A DNA stretch of 64,000 bases from Candidatus Levybacteria bacterium RIFCSPHIGHO2_02_FULL_40_18 (GCA_001782235.1 MFOC01000004.1:115328-179327); one strand, 5' to 3'; shown: positions 1-9,437, counted from the stretch's first letter. The notes: generated from the sequence alone by a model not told the origin. Program-made: numbers and translations.

Positions 1-587
1 GCGCTTCGGAGTTCGGCTGTGGCGCGTGGAGCTCCGCGTAACGGATTCTTCCTTCTCTTAAACTTAATAAAAAGACTTGGACCTGATTCTATTCCATGTG
101 GCGCTTCAACATGGGTCTCAAGTCTTGTTTGTTCTTCTGCTTTTTTTCTTTGTCCTTCTTGTTCGCTAGCGGCCTCCTTCTGTTTTTCTGCCTGCGCTTC
201 TTGTTCGGGTTTAGGTTGCCCAAGAGCGCTTGCAGCCTCACGACTAGTTGCTTCAAACCTTTGAAGACTTTCAGTGAGTCTTTTCTCTTCTTCTTCAATG
301 CGTCTTCTTGTCTCATCATCTAAACTTATTTCAGAAGTGACTTTTCCTTGCATAGCATCAAGTTCCCGCCTCGCTCGCTTGTAGCCCTCTAGTCCTTCCA
401 TTTTCTCGCGTCGCTCGATTGCATTAAGTTCTTCCTCGGACCTAAACTCATGTGAGGGATCTACATAGAGCATTCTTACAAGATCATGAGGAAAATTATC
501 GACCTGCTTTTTTACATTGCGTGTTGCGTCCCAAACAGGTTCCTTTAGAGCTTCGGCAACATTTTTGACTGGTCCTTTTGGCGACAT
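1..587 (-). CDS. hypothetical charged/coiled-coil protein, runs off the window edge
   Basis: Hand-translated open frame from ATG 587 (MSPKGPVKNVAEALKEPVWDA...EEEEKRLTESLQRFE...) with no stop before position 1; absent from the ORF track. Confidence 0.7.
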   Translation of the reverse strand, partial: MSPKGPVKNVAEALKEPVWDATRNVKKQVDNFPHDLVRMLYVDPSHEFRSEEELNAIERREKMEGLEGYKRARRELDAMQGKVTSEISLDDETRRRIEEEEKRLTESLQRFEATSREAASALGQPKPEQEAQAEKQKEAASEQEGQRKKAEEQTRLETHVEAPHGIESGPSLFIKFKRRKNPLRGAPRATAELRS

Positions 588-612
588 ATTTAGAGTTTAT
601 AGCAAAAGTGGT

Positions 613-642
613 TTGACAAGCAAACCCAAATTGCGGTAGAAT
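613..642 (+). promoter_or_regulatory. sigma70-type promoter of htrA
   Basis: TTGACA(613-618)-18 bp-TAGAAT(637-642), 13 nt before ATG 656. Confidence 0.75.
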
Positions 643-655
643 ATTTTCTTGCGCA

Positions 656-1753
656 ATGAGAAATTTAGGAATTCTACTCATAATTTTGATCGGAGCGCTT
701 TTTCTTCTTCAACAAACTACACCGAGTCGCGAAACCCAAAAAATAATTACCGAGCAGTCTGTTGTAATAGACGTAGTTAAAAAGGTTGGTCAGTCTGTTG
801 TTACTGTAGGAGCAGAGCAAACAGTTGAGAATTCCAGAAGTTTGAGACTCTCACCCTTTGGGTTTTTCTTTGAAGAGCCTGACAGCCTGCCGGATGATCA
901 AAAAGAAGACTATATTGGGTCGGGATTTGTTGTTGATAAAAGCGGTTTGATTGTAACAAATAAGCATGTTGTTTCAAATTCGGGCTTAAAATATATAATA
1001 GTCGATTCGAAAGGCAATAAATATAATGTCGGAAATATTTACCGTGATCCTCTAAATGACGTTGCAATATTGAAAGTTTCAAATCCACCGACCGGTGGTT
1101 TTACCTCTGTTGAATTTGGCGATTCGGATAAACTTGAAGTCGGACAATTTGCAATTGCGATAGGAACGGCACTTGGGGAATTTAGAAACACCGTTACAAC
1201 GGGCGTCATCTCAGGGCTTGGACGAGGTATCTCGGCAGGATCAGTTTACCAAGGATTCGTTGAAAGGCTCGATAATGTTATCCAGACAGACGCTGCGATA
1301 AATCCCGGAAACTCAGGCGGCCCGCTCCTAAATTCCTCAGGACAGGTTGTTGGAATCAATACGGCTATTGCCTCAGCCGGCCAGAATATTGGCTTTGCAA
1401 TTCCGATAAGCATCGTAAAGGAATCGCTCAAAAATTTTAATTCGACGGGTCAATTCAATCGAGCTTTCTTGGGTGTCTCATACGTGATGATAAGTCGGCG
1501 CGCGTCAACATTGAACGAATTGCCTCAGGGAGCATATGTTCGAGGCATAACGGAAGGATCTCCGGCACAAAAAGCAGGCCTTGCGCCGGAAGATGTAATC
1601 ACGAAAATCGATGGCGGGGCTGTAAGTGAGGAAAATAGTCTTGCGGTAATTATTAACAAGAAAAAAGTAGGGCAAGAAGTTACATTAACGGTTTTTAGAA
1701 ATGACAAGACAATTGAGATTAAAGCCACACTCACAGCAGCCCCCAACCAGTAA
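656..1753 (+). CDS. htrA: HtrA/DegP-family trypsin-like serine protease with one PDZ domain
   Basis: N-terminal TM segment; GSGF, TNKHV, D..., IQTDAAINPGNSGGPL catalytic motifs; C-terminal PDZ. Confidence 0.95.
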   Translation: MRNLGILLIILIGALFLLQQTTPSRETQKIITEQSVVIDVVKKVGQSVVTVGAEQTVENSRSLRLSPFGFFFEEPDSLPDDQKEDYIGSGFVVDKSGLIVTNKHVVSNSGLKYIIVDSKGNKYNVGNIYRDPLNDVAILKVSNPPTGGFTSVEFGDSDKLEVGQFAIAIGTALGEFRNTVTTGVISGLGRGISAGSVYQGFVERLDNVIQTDAAINPGNSGGPLLNSSGQVVGINTAIASAGQNIGFAIPISIVKESLKNFNSTGQFNRAFLGVSYVMISRRASTLNELPQGAYVRGITEGSPAQKAGLAPEDVITKIDGGAVSEENSLAVIINKKKVGQEVTLTVFRNDKTIEIKATLTAAPNQ

Positions 1754-1808
1754 TGCCTCTTGTAATTCTAAGCTCAATTCTGTATCATTAGGCAAGATTT
1801 TATAGTTT

Positions 1809-2081
1809 ATGAGAAAGTATCAATTGGTGGTGGTATTAAAACCAGACCTTAAAAAGGATCAAAAAGACAAGCTTTTTACGGACGTTAAAAAACTAATGGG
1901 CAATGTTTCGGGCGATAAACTAGAATCGCTCGGTGAGAAAAAGCTCTCATATCCGATCAAGCGCGAGAGAAGAGGAGAGTTTGCAGTTCTTGCTTTTGAA
2001 GCAGATAATATTGCTCAAGATTTTAATAAAAGAATCGGAATAAAAGAAGAGGTATTAAGACACCTCCTAGTTAGGAACTAA
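1809..2081 (+). CDS. rpsF: 30S ribosomal protein S6
   Basis: MRKYQLVVVL...GEKKLSYPIK...VLRHLLV; first gene of the rpsF-ssb-rpsR cluster. Confidence 0.93.
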   Translation: MRKYQLVVVLKPDLKKDQKDKLFTDVKKLMGNVSGDKLESLGEKKLSYPIKRERRGEFAVLAFEADNIAQDFNKRIGIKEEVLRHLLVRN

Positions 2082-2135
2082 GACTAAAGGACTAAAGTGA
2101 TTAAGATTAATCATTTTAATCTTTTAATCTTGAAA
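2079..2135. repeat. GACTAAAG-type intergenic inverted tandem repeat element
   Basis: TAAGACTAAAGGACTAAAGTGA is identical at 2079-2100 and 57245-57266; related copy at about 42528-42592. Confidence 0.8.
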
Positions 2136-2145
2136 TCTTAAATTT

Positions 2146-2703
2146 ATGGCAAGAAGTTTAAATAAGGCAGAGTTGATAGGAAATTTGACGCGAGATCCTG
2201 AACTACGCTACACACCCCAAGGAACAGCCGTATGCACTTTTGGTCTTGCGACAAATAGGTCATGGGTTACAGATTCGGGTGAGAAAAAAGAAGAAGCGGA
2301 TTTTCATCGTTTAGTTGCCTGGAATAAATTAGCAGAGCTTTGTTCTCAACTTTTGACAAAAGGAAGAAAGATTTACGTTGAAGGGAGACTTTCAAACAGG
2401 ACATGGACAGGACAGGATGGCGTTCAGAGAAATATAACGGAAATTGTAATAAATGACATGATAATTTTGGACTCAAGACGTGATACGGGAGAGGCAAGAG
2501 GAGAGGTGCCTATGCCTGAATTTTTGGAAGAAAGAAGTTCTACGCCAAGCGAGGCCGCAACTGAATCGGAAGATAAGTCCCGCGAAGCGGGATCCCGCTC
2601 TGCGGGAAAAAAAACAAAGGCCGCCTCCCCCCCGCCTGGGCGGGCCTCTGGCGGGCAGAAGGAAGAGGCGAGCGATATAAATCCTGAAGACATCCCTTTT
2701 TAA
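2146..2703 (+). CDS. ssb: single-stranded DNA-binding protein
   Basis: [21 protein letters not shown]-fold; acidic C-terminal EDIPF. Confidence 0.97.
   Translation: MARSLNKAELIGNLTRDPELRYTPQGTAVCTFGLATNRSWVTDSGEKKEEADFHRLVAWNKLAELCSQLLTKGRKIYVEGRLSNRTWTGQDGVQRNITEIVINDMIILDSRRDTGEARGEVPMPEFLEERSSTPSEAATESEDKSREAGSRSAGKKTKAASPPPGRASGGQKEEASDINPEDIPF
2578..2655. repeat. GC-rich palindromic inserts within the ssb linker
   Basis: TCCCGC-GAA-GCGGGA followed by TCCCGC-TCT-GCGGGA (2578-2607), and CCCGCC...GGCGGG (2631-2655). Confidence 0.75.
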
Positions 2704-2707
2704 TTTG

Positions 2708-2728
2708 CCTGCCTGTAGCGCAGGCAGG
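2708..2728. repeat. intergenic hairpin CCTGCCTG-TAGCG-CAGGCAGG
   Basis: Perfect 8-bp inverted repeat between ssb and rpsR. Confidence 0.75.
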
Positions 2729-2740
2729 GAATTCAGAATT

Positions 2741-2998
2741 ATGAAAAGCACAAGAACTAAAAGCACGAGAAAACCAAGAAGATTGCAAGAGACAAAGGTT
2801 GATTGTTTTTTTTGCAAAGAAGAGAAAACCCCCTCATTTCTTGAGGAGGTAGTATTGTCGCGATTCATTACCGAACGAGGCAAAATAGTTGCTCGTTCAA
2901 GATCCGGTCTTTGCGCAAAGCATCAAAGAAAACTAACGCAAGAAATTAACCGCGCAAGATATCTCGCGCTTCTCCCTTACGTAGTCAGACCAGAATAA
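2741..2998 (+). CDS. rpsR: 30S ribosomal protein S18
   Basis: CFFC zinc motif, [26 protein letters not shown]; ATG 2741 preferred over TTG 2705. Confidence 0.95.
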   Translation: MKSTRTKSTRKPRRLQETKVDCFFCKEEKTPSFLEEVVLSRFITERGKIVARSRSGLCAKHQRKLTQEINRARYLALLPYVVRPE

Positions 2999-3059
2999 AG
3001 GTCAACTTCGCATGCGTGCTGCTTGAACTACCTTCTGAAAACTTGTATCATAGTATCTT

Positions 3060-4340
3060 ATGCAAAAAATTATTTCGCTGAGAATATTCCAACTGATTAT
3101 TGTTGTTTTGATATCCCTTGCAATAGGTTATGTTCTAGGCATAAACCGCGTTGCTCTTTCCTGGAAAGACTACAAGCCGATTGTCTCAATTCTTTCTCGC
3201 AATCCTCCGCCCAGTCAGACTTTGGACATGCGACTGTTTTATGAGATTCTTGACCGAGTAAACCAAGACTATTATGATAAAACAAAAATTGACGCAACAA
3301 AACTTCTATACGGCGCAATAAATGGACTTCTTTCATCTCTTGAAGATCCTTACACATCTTTTTTCCCACCAAAAGAAAATACGGAATTTAAAACACAACT
3401 CGCAGGGGAATTCACCGGTATTGGCGCGGAGCTATCGCTTTCGCCGGATAATCGAATTATGGTTGTTGCGCCTCTTGATGAGTCACCTGCACAAAAAGCA
3501 GGTATTCGATCGCAAGACATAATATTAAAGGTGGATAGTGAGGAAACTTTGGGATGGACAGTTGCAAAAGCTGTCGAAAAAATAAGAGGACCAAAGGGTA
3601 CAACAGTCGAATTAACAGTTCTGCACGATAAAGAAAAATCACCTACTCCAGTAAAGATGGTTAGAAGCATAATAGTTATCAAAAGCGTTACCGGATGGGT
3701 GAAAAATATTTCATGTGCGAAAGATTCCTGTTCGGAGAATAATTCTGGCAGCCCCATCGCCTATATTCGGCTGTCCCAATTTGGAGATAAAACAAATGAT
3801 GAGTGGATTTCTGTGGTTAATTCAATTAATACAAAGGTAAGTGAAAAAGATTTTCGTGGAATAATTCTTGATGTTCGTAATAACCCCGGTGGATACCTTA
3901 ACGATGCTGTCTTCATTGCATCCGAATTCTTGCGAAGCGGAGTAGTGGTAATTCAAGAGGATGATTCAAAAAATCAAGACGCCCTTCGAGTTTCAAGGCG
4001 CGGGACATTACTTGACGAGTCCTTAATAGTTTTAATAAACAAGGGATCGGCGTCAGCCTCAGAGATTGTTGCCGGGGCACTACGCGATCAAAAACGCGCA
4101 AAGCTTTTAGGAGAAAAAACCTTTGGGAAAGGTACGATTCAACAGGCGGTTGACGTTGATAACGGAGCAAGTCTTCATATCTCGGTTGCCAAATGGTTAA
4201 CTCCAAATGGGACGTGGGTAAATAAAGTTGGCATCGAGCCCGATATTAACATTGAGCTTGACGCCACAAAAAGCGCAAATCTCAAAGAAGGCGAGTTCGA
4301 TTACCAACTAGAAACCGCAATTCGCCAGCTCCTCAAATAA
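3060..4340 (+). CDS. S41 family C-terminal processing peptidase
   Basis: DPYT, PDZ domain, LDVRNNPGG, SASASEIVAGAL, GEKTFGKG. Confidence 0.95.
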   Translation: MQKIISLRIFQLIIVVLISLAIGYVLGINRVALSWKDYKPIVSILSRNPPPSQTLDMRLFYEILDRVNQDYYDKTKIDATKLLYGAINGLLSSLEDPYTSFFPPKENTEFKTQLAGEFTGIGAELSLSPDNRIMVVAPLDESPAQKAGIRSQDIILKVDSEETLGWTVAKAVEKIRGPKGTTVELTVLHDKEKSPTPVKMVRSIIVIKSVTGWVKNISCAKDSCSENNSGSPIAYIRLSQFGDKTNDEWISVVNSINTKVSEKDFRGIILDVRNNPGGYLNDAVFIASEFLRSGVVVIQEDDSKNQDALRVSRRGTLLDESLIVLINKGSASASEIVAGALRDQKRAKLLGEKTFGKGTIQQAVDVDNGASLHISVAKWLTPNGTWVNKVGIEPDINIELDATKSANLKEGEFDYQLETAIRQLLK

Positions 4341-4440
4341 ACATTGCAAATAGCTACATGGCTAAAATAGCTAAATAGTTTGAACTATTCTAACCATTCA
4401 ACTATTTAACTATTCTTTATATTTCTGTTAAAATTCGAAT

Positions 4441-5826
4441 ATGAAGCTTTATAATACGCTGTCGCGTTCGATAGAAGAATTTGAACCGCTGGATCCGCCC
4501 AATGTTGGGCTGTATGCTTGTGGACCAACGGTTTATGATTACACGCATATTGGGCATCTTCGAAAATATATAAATGATGATCTTCTTGTTCGAACACTTG
4601 CCGCAAACCGATATAAAGTTCGTCATGTGATGAATATAACCGATGTCGGGCATTTAACTTCAGATGCGGACGCAGGGGAAGATAAACTTGAGAAGGGTGC
4701 CGCAAAGCTTGGCAAAAGCGTTCTTGAAGTTGCAAAGTATTTTGAAGACGATTTTTGGAAGTCGTTAGCACTTGTAAATGTTGAGAAACCAGATGTTACA
4801 GCCCGCGCAACAGAACATATTGATGATCAGATCGCATTAATCGAAACGCTTATCGATAAAGGCTATACCTACAAAACTCGCCAGGCAATATATTTCGACA
4901 TTTCAAAATTTCCAAATTACACCAAACTTTCACGACAGAAACTTTCGGAGAAAATGGCAGGGGCAAGGGGAGATGTGGTTGTTGACGCAAGAAAGCGCAA
5001 TCCGGCTGACTTTGCTCTGTGGTTTTTTACGGTCGACCGATTCGCTAATCACACATTGCGATGGAAATCTCCATTTGGTGAGGGGTTTCCCGGTTGGCAT
5101 ATTGAGTGTTCCGCTATGTCAATGAAATATCTAGGTTTAAGTTTTGACATTCATACAGGAGGCACTGATCATATCCCGGTCCATCATACTAATGAAATTG
5201 CCCAGAGTGAGGCGGCAACAGGCGCGCCCTTTGTAAAATATTGGGTTCATCACGCATTCCTAACTGTCGAGGATGAGAAAATGGCAAAATCAAAAGGCAA
5301 TTTTTATCGAATAAGCGAGTTAGTTGAAAAAGGCTATAATCCACTTGCTTTCCGATATCTTACTTTTCAGACCCATTATCGATCTGAGATGAATTTTACT
5401 TTCGAATCGCTCGCGGGTGCAAAACTTGCCTTAAATAGGCTATACGAAAGGGCCTCTTACTTTAAAGAAGTTCATAAACACGCCGATATCGAATTTGAAA
5501 GAGACTTCCTTGATTCTTTGTCGCAAGATCTAAACACACCGCGCGCGCTTTCAATCATGTGGGGTATGTTAGGATCAAATCTTTCGGATTCGGTAAAGGC
5601 CTCGACCCTTTATAAAATGGATGAAGTTTTAGGTTTGAAGATAAAAGAGAATGCTGTCTTACTACATGATATTCCCGAGTCGGTTATGAAATTAGTTCAT
5701 GATCGAGAGGAGCTTCGCAAACAAAAGCAATTCACAAGAGCAGATCATCTAAGAAGCAAACTTGAAAAAATGGGCTACATTTTGGATGATGAAAAGGATC
5801 GAACAAGAGTCCTTCGCAAGATATAG
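4441..5826 (+). CDS. cysS: cysteine--tRNA ligase
   Basis: [25 protein letters not shown]. Confidence 0.97.
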   Translation: MKLYNTLSRSIEEFEPLDPPNVGLYACGPTVYDYTHIGHLRKYINDDLLVRTLAANRYKVRHVMNITDVGHLTSDADAGEDKLEKGAAKLGKSVLEVAKYFEDDFWKSLALVNVEKPDVTARATEHIDDQIALIETLIDKGYTYKTRQAIYFDISKFPNYTKLSRQKLSEKMAGARGDVVVDARKRNPADFALWFFTVDRFANHTLRWKSPFGEGFPGWHIECSAMSMKYLGLSFDIHTGGTDHIPVHHTNEIAQSEAATGAPFVKYWVHHAFLTVEDEKMAKSKGNFYRISELVEKGYNPLAFRYLTFQTHYRSEMNFTFESLAGAKLALNRLYERASYFKEVHKHADIEFERDFLDSLSQDLNTPRALSIMWGMLGSNLSDSVKASTLYKMDEVLGLKIKENAVLLHDIPESVMKLVHDREELRKQKQFTRADHLRSKLEKMGYILDDEKDRTRVLRKI

Positions 5827-5845
5827 ATTCGAAACAAATCACTTA

Positions 5846-6053
5846 AATCCCAAATCCTAAGCACTAAATCCTAAACAAATACCAGTAATAGAAATTGGTA
5901 ATTGGAAACAATACTATTCCATTTTCCATTCTCTATTTTCCATTACCATTTTCTATTTTCTAACAACCATTGTCTATTAGTTAATATTGTTTAGAATTTA
6001 GATATTAGATATTAGATATTAGATATTAGATATTAGATATTAGATATTAGAAT
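5846..6053. repeat. nested inverted heptamer arrays including (TTAGATA)x7
   Basis: TTAGATA x7 at 5998-6046 flanked by TTAGAAT; complementary AATCCTA-like units at about 5848-5879; inner TTCCATT/AATTGG arrays. Confidence 0.9.
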
Positions 6054-6863
6054 TTACCTGGTGGATGTGTTTGTTGGCGTAGGCGTTCCAGATTCCTCAA
6101 CGGGTGCGTACTTCAAAAGAACTTCCGATATTGGTAAATTTGCAAAATGAATTATCCGAGAAGCGTTAACAGTTTCTTTGCTATTCAAATCGGGGAACCC
6201 AATAACAATAACTCTTTGCCCCACTAAAACCTTTGAAAATCCTGACTTTGTTAAAGTTTTATCATCCCATACATTTGTTTTTGTGGAACTCTCAATGTCA
6301 ATATTATTAGTTTTACCGCCTGAGTCAATGACCGTCAAAGTAAATTCGCGGGAATTCTTCCCTGTTACAACGCCTTCAATATTGATTGGAACATTCTCAG
6401 AAACATTTATAAATCGTGCCAAAAGTCTTTTGGTATCCTTGTTATATAGGCCGATAGCCGAAATTCTATCTCCCTCTTTAATGTCTGAAATCCCAAAAGA
6501 GCTTTTGCTTGAAACAAATTTTGTTAACTCATCAATATCTATTGATCTTTGATCCTCTTTATGATCCTCAATGACTATTTGGGAATTTGATATTCTTTTA
6601 ACAACGCCTAATATTCCTCTTTTATCAACAAGCTTTAATTCCGCAACTTTTGACGCCACAAGATCTTTTATCTTTTCAATGGTGTCTTGTTCCTTTTCTT
6701 CAGCAGTAATCTGCGGAGTAGGGGATGGCGCCGCCCCGGAGGGGCTCTGCCCCGGAGTGGGGGTCGGAGTTTTTGTCTGAGCCGCAATAGGGCGGGACAT
6801 AATAGTTACAATTGTTATAAAAATTATAACCATTGTAATAGAACTATTTAAAGCATTTTTCAT
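6054..6863 (-). CDS. secreted/anchored hypothetical protein with PT-rich linkers and two repeated beta domains (DUF5666-like)
   Basis: N-terminal hydrophobic segment, TPTPTP linkers, two repeats of G-V...I...TK...GD/GQRV. Confidence 0.75.
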   Translation of the reverse strand: MKNALNSSITMVIIFITIVTIMSRPIAAQTKTPTPTPGQSPSGAAPSPTPQITAEEKEQDTIEKIKDLVASKVAELKLVDKRGILGVVKRISNSQIVIEDHKEDQRSIDIDELTKFVSSKSSFGISDIKEGDRISAIGLYNKDTKRLLARFINVSENVPINIEGVVTGKNSREFTLTVIDSGGKTNNIDIESSTKTNVWDDKTLTKSGFSKVLVGQRVIVIGFPDLNSKETVNASRIIHFANLPISEVLLKYAPVEESGTPTPTNTSTR

Positions 6864-6864
6864 T

Positions 6865-7281
6865 TTAGAATTCCTCCGTTGAAAAGGTGACTACTCGTCT
6901 GTCGAAAGCTTCTTCCCCATTTGGCGCAATCGCTCGAATAACTATCACATTTGCGCCGGCATCTATTGTGATTGTTACGGAAAATCTGCCGTCAGACGTT
7001 GGCTTTACAACTTCATCCTCAATATTGGTTGAAACAATTATTATGTTGTCAGGATCTGTTTTGCCTTTCATCTGTATAGATCTCCTATCAGAAATTTGCT
7101 CATCGGAAGGAGCATCTATCGAAAGATAAACATTTGCGGCAGGCGCTTTTGTAGGACCCGCCACCGTATTGATAGCTCTTTGCGGAATGGTTTTTGTTTG
7201 CTGGTATAAGAAGAATATAAGAGTTGTTACGAGAAGTCCTATTGCTATCGCAATAAAAACAATAACAATCCGCTCACGCAT
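6865..7281 (-). CDS. membrane-anchored hypothetical protein with an Ig-like domain
   Basis: N-terminal TM segment; GKT...DGRFS...GANVIVI pattern. Confidence 0.75.
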   Translation of the reverse strand: MRERIVIVFIAIAIGLLVTTLIFFLYQQTKTIPQRAINTVAGPTKAPAANVYLSIDAPSDEQISDRRSIQMKGKTDPDNIIIVSTNIEDEVVKPTSDGRFSVTITIDAGANVIVIRAIAPNGEEAFDRRVVTFSTEEF

Positions 7282-7325
7282 AAGTTGATTTCACCAATGA
7301 TAGATTAAAAATGCTTACTTGTCAA

Positions 7326-7366
7326 CCCATTCGGCTTCGCCGCGTTTGACGCGGCTTCGCTCAGGT
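7326..7366. repeat. composite palindromic element (CCCATTCG...GCTCAGG containing CCGCGTTTGACGCGG)
   Basis: The inner 15-mer recurs reverse-complemented (CCGCGTCAAACGCGG) near 14312-14326; outer part resembles 14365-14388, 27383-27405 and 56992-57022. Confidence 0.65.
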
Positions 7367-7436
7367 TTGGCAACCATAGCTTGAGATAGTAACGGTTGCC
7401 AAGGAAGGAGGATTTGTGATAGGATATTGTACTTTT

Positions 7437-7934
7437 ATGGAATTAGCAAAAATTGGAAATTCGGGTGTCAGAATTAGATCGAAAAAAACCGCGTTTATAG
7501 TTGATCCTGCGGATGGTAAAACTGAGGGAGATGTTGTTCTTCTTTACGAAAAGCCAAAAGATTATTCAATCTTTTCAGGGAAATTGGTTATAGATAGCCC
7601 CGGGGAATATGAAGTGGGAGGGGTTAGTATTAAAGGAGAAATGGTTCGCAATAGCTTAGCCTTTGAGTTTCTTGAGGATGGTCAGAAGCTTGTTATAATT
7701 TCGAATACTGATATAATGGGCGACATTGAGACCGAGGACGTGAAAGCTGTTTTAGTCCGTCTCACAAGAAAACTTGGCGATGAAGCCCTCTCATCAATTC
7801 AGTCAGAAGTAGTATGTTTTTATGGGCCTAGCGAGTTTTTGCCACAGGAAAAAGATGCTCTGAAAAGAGTAGATAAAATCAATCTCAAAAAGACAGAAGA
7901 GCTAAAAGGATACTTAGTATATCTAACCAAATAA
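7437..7934 (+). CDS. degenerate metallo-beta-lactamase-fold protein
   Basis: IVDP and IDSPGEYEVGGVSIKG motifs of the Lactamase_B_3-like family; HxHxDH motif absent. Confidence 0.65.
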   Translation: MELAKIGNSGVRIRSKKTAFIVDPADGKTEGDVVLLYEKPKDYSIFSGKLVIDSPGEYEVGGVSIKGEMVRNSLAFEFLEDGQKLVIISNTDIMGDIETEDVKAVLVRLTRKLGDEALSSIQSEVVCFYGPSEFLPQEKDALKRVDKINLKKTEELKGYLVYLTK

Positions 7935-8017
7935 TACATAGATAATAGTGACTAGATACTAGCTACTAGGGATTTGTTCTATCTATTATCTAATATCTAT
8001 TATCTAACATCTAAAAT

Positions 8018-9352
8018 ATGGCTGTTTCCCGGATTCCACCAAACAATATTGAAGCAGAGCAAGCAGTTCTCGGGGCTCTTCTCATAGATCACGAGGCTAT
8101 TAATACTGTAAGCCAAATGGTAAAACCAGAATACTTTTACGAAGACAACAACAAAAAAATTTATAAATGCATGCTCTCATTATACGAGGAGAGAAAGCCA
8201 ATTGACCTTTTAACCCTGACACACATCCTTAAAAAGAAAAAAAGCTATGATCAGATTGGAGGATCGGAATATCTCACAAGTCTTGCAAACTCTGTTCCAA
8301 CCGCTGCCAATATTGAGCATTACGCAAATATCTTGCGAGAAACCTATCTTAGAAGGTCGTTAATTACCGTAGCGGGAACAATGACTGACCTTTCTTTCTC
8401 GGACAATGAAGCAGAAGAGGTTCTGAACCGTGTAGAACAGGAGATTTTTAGTTTGTCTCAGGAATCTGTCAGGCAGGGATTTATTCATGTAAGAGAGGCT
8501 CTGGCAGAAAGCTTTGATAAATTAGACGAATTACATAAGAGAGAAGCGTTATATAGAGGAATAGCCACAGGGTTTGTGGATTTAGACCTTTTGCTTTCAG
8601 GGCTTCAGGACTCAAACTTAATAGTTCTGGCCGCTCGTCCCGGGCAGGGAAAGACCGCGTTTGTCGTAAATGTAGCCCAATATGTAGCCTCGATACTTAA
8701 GATCCCTGTTGGCATGTTCTCTTTGGAAATGAGCAAAGAAGAACTGGTTGATAGGTTATTGATAAGTCAGGCCAACATAGATGCTTGGAAACTTAAAACC
8801 GGAAAACTTTCAGATGAAGATTTTGAAAAACTCTCGCAAGCCATGGGAGAACTTGCCGAGGCTCCAATCTATATAGACGATACTCCGGGAGCCACAATAT
8901 CTGAAATGAGATCTAAGGCTCGTCGTCTTCAGATTGAACATGAGATGAAGCTTCTGATAGTAGATTATATGCAGTTGGTTAATCCCGGTCGCAGATTTGA
9001 AAACCGCGTACAAGAAGTTTCTTTTATATCGCAGTCTCTTAAGAATCTTGCGCGCGAATTAAAAATTCCAATTTTGGCCGTTTCTCAATTGTCGCGAGCT
9101 GTTGAACACAGAGGAATTCGAAAACCTCAATTAGCTGATCTTCGAGAATCAGGAGCGATAGAGCAGGACGCAGACGTAGTCGTTTTTCTTTACACGGAGG
9201 ATGAGGAGTTTACGCCTCAGAGAATTGTTAAGGTTGTCGTCGCAAAGCACAGAAACGGCCCGGTAGGGGAGAGAGAGTTGCTTTTCCGTGGCGATCGTAT
9301 CAAATTCTTCAATATAGAACGCACCCAAGACGAAGCCCCAGCCACCAACTGA
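8018..9352 (+). CDS. dnaB: replicative DNA helicase
   Basis: PPNNIEAEQAVLG, AARPGQGKT, VDYMQL, LSQLSR-like motif, DLRESGAIEQDAD, KHRNGP; no intein. Confidence 0.98.
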   Translation: MAVSRIPPNNIEAEQAVLGALLIDHEAINTVSQMVKPEYFYEDNNKKIYKCMLSLYEERKPIDLLTLTHILKKKKSYDQIGGSEYLTSLANSVPTAANIEHYANILRETYLRRSLITVAGTMTDLSFSDNEAEEVLNRVEQEIFSLSQESVRQGFIHVREALAESFDKLDELHKREALYRGIATGFVDLDLLLSGLQDSNLIVLAARPGQGKTAFVVNVAQYVASILKIPVGMFSLEMSKEELVDRLLISQANIDAWKLKTGKLSDEDFEKLSQAMGELAEAPIYIDDTPGATISEMRSKARRLQIEHEMKLLIVDYMQLVNPGRRFENRVQEVSFISQSLKNLARELKIPILAVSQLSRAVEHRGIRKPQLADLRESGAIEQDADVVVFLYTEDEEFTPQRIVKVVVAKHRNGPVGERELLFRGDRIKFFNIERTQDEAPATN

Positions 9353-9361
9353 GGCTTTGCC

Positions 9362-9397
9362 TCATCCTGAGGTCACGTGAGGTGACCGAAGGATCTC
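9362..9397. repeat. CATCCTGA-[hairpin]-GAAGGATCTC element
   Basis: Same frame recurs at 25739-25775 with a different inner hairpin. Confidence 0.7.
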
Positions 9398-9437
9398 TAC
9401 GAAATAGTCTCCTTTTTAGTATAATATCCATGTCTTA

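Noticed and set aside
5991-6053. Tandem repeats as a CRISPR array
   Set aside because: The units are 7 bp with no spacers, and there are no cas genes in the window.
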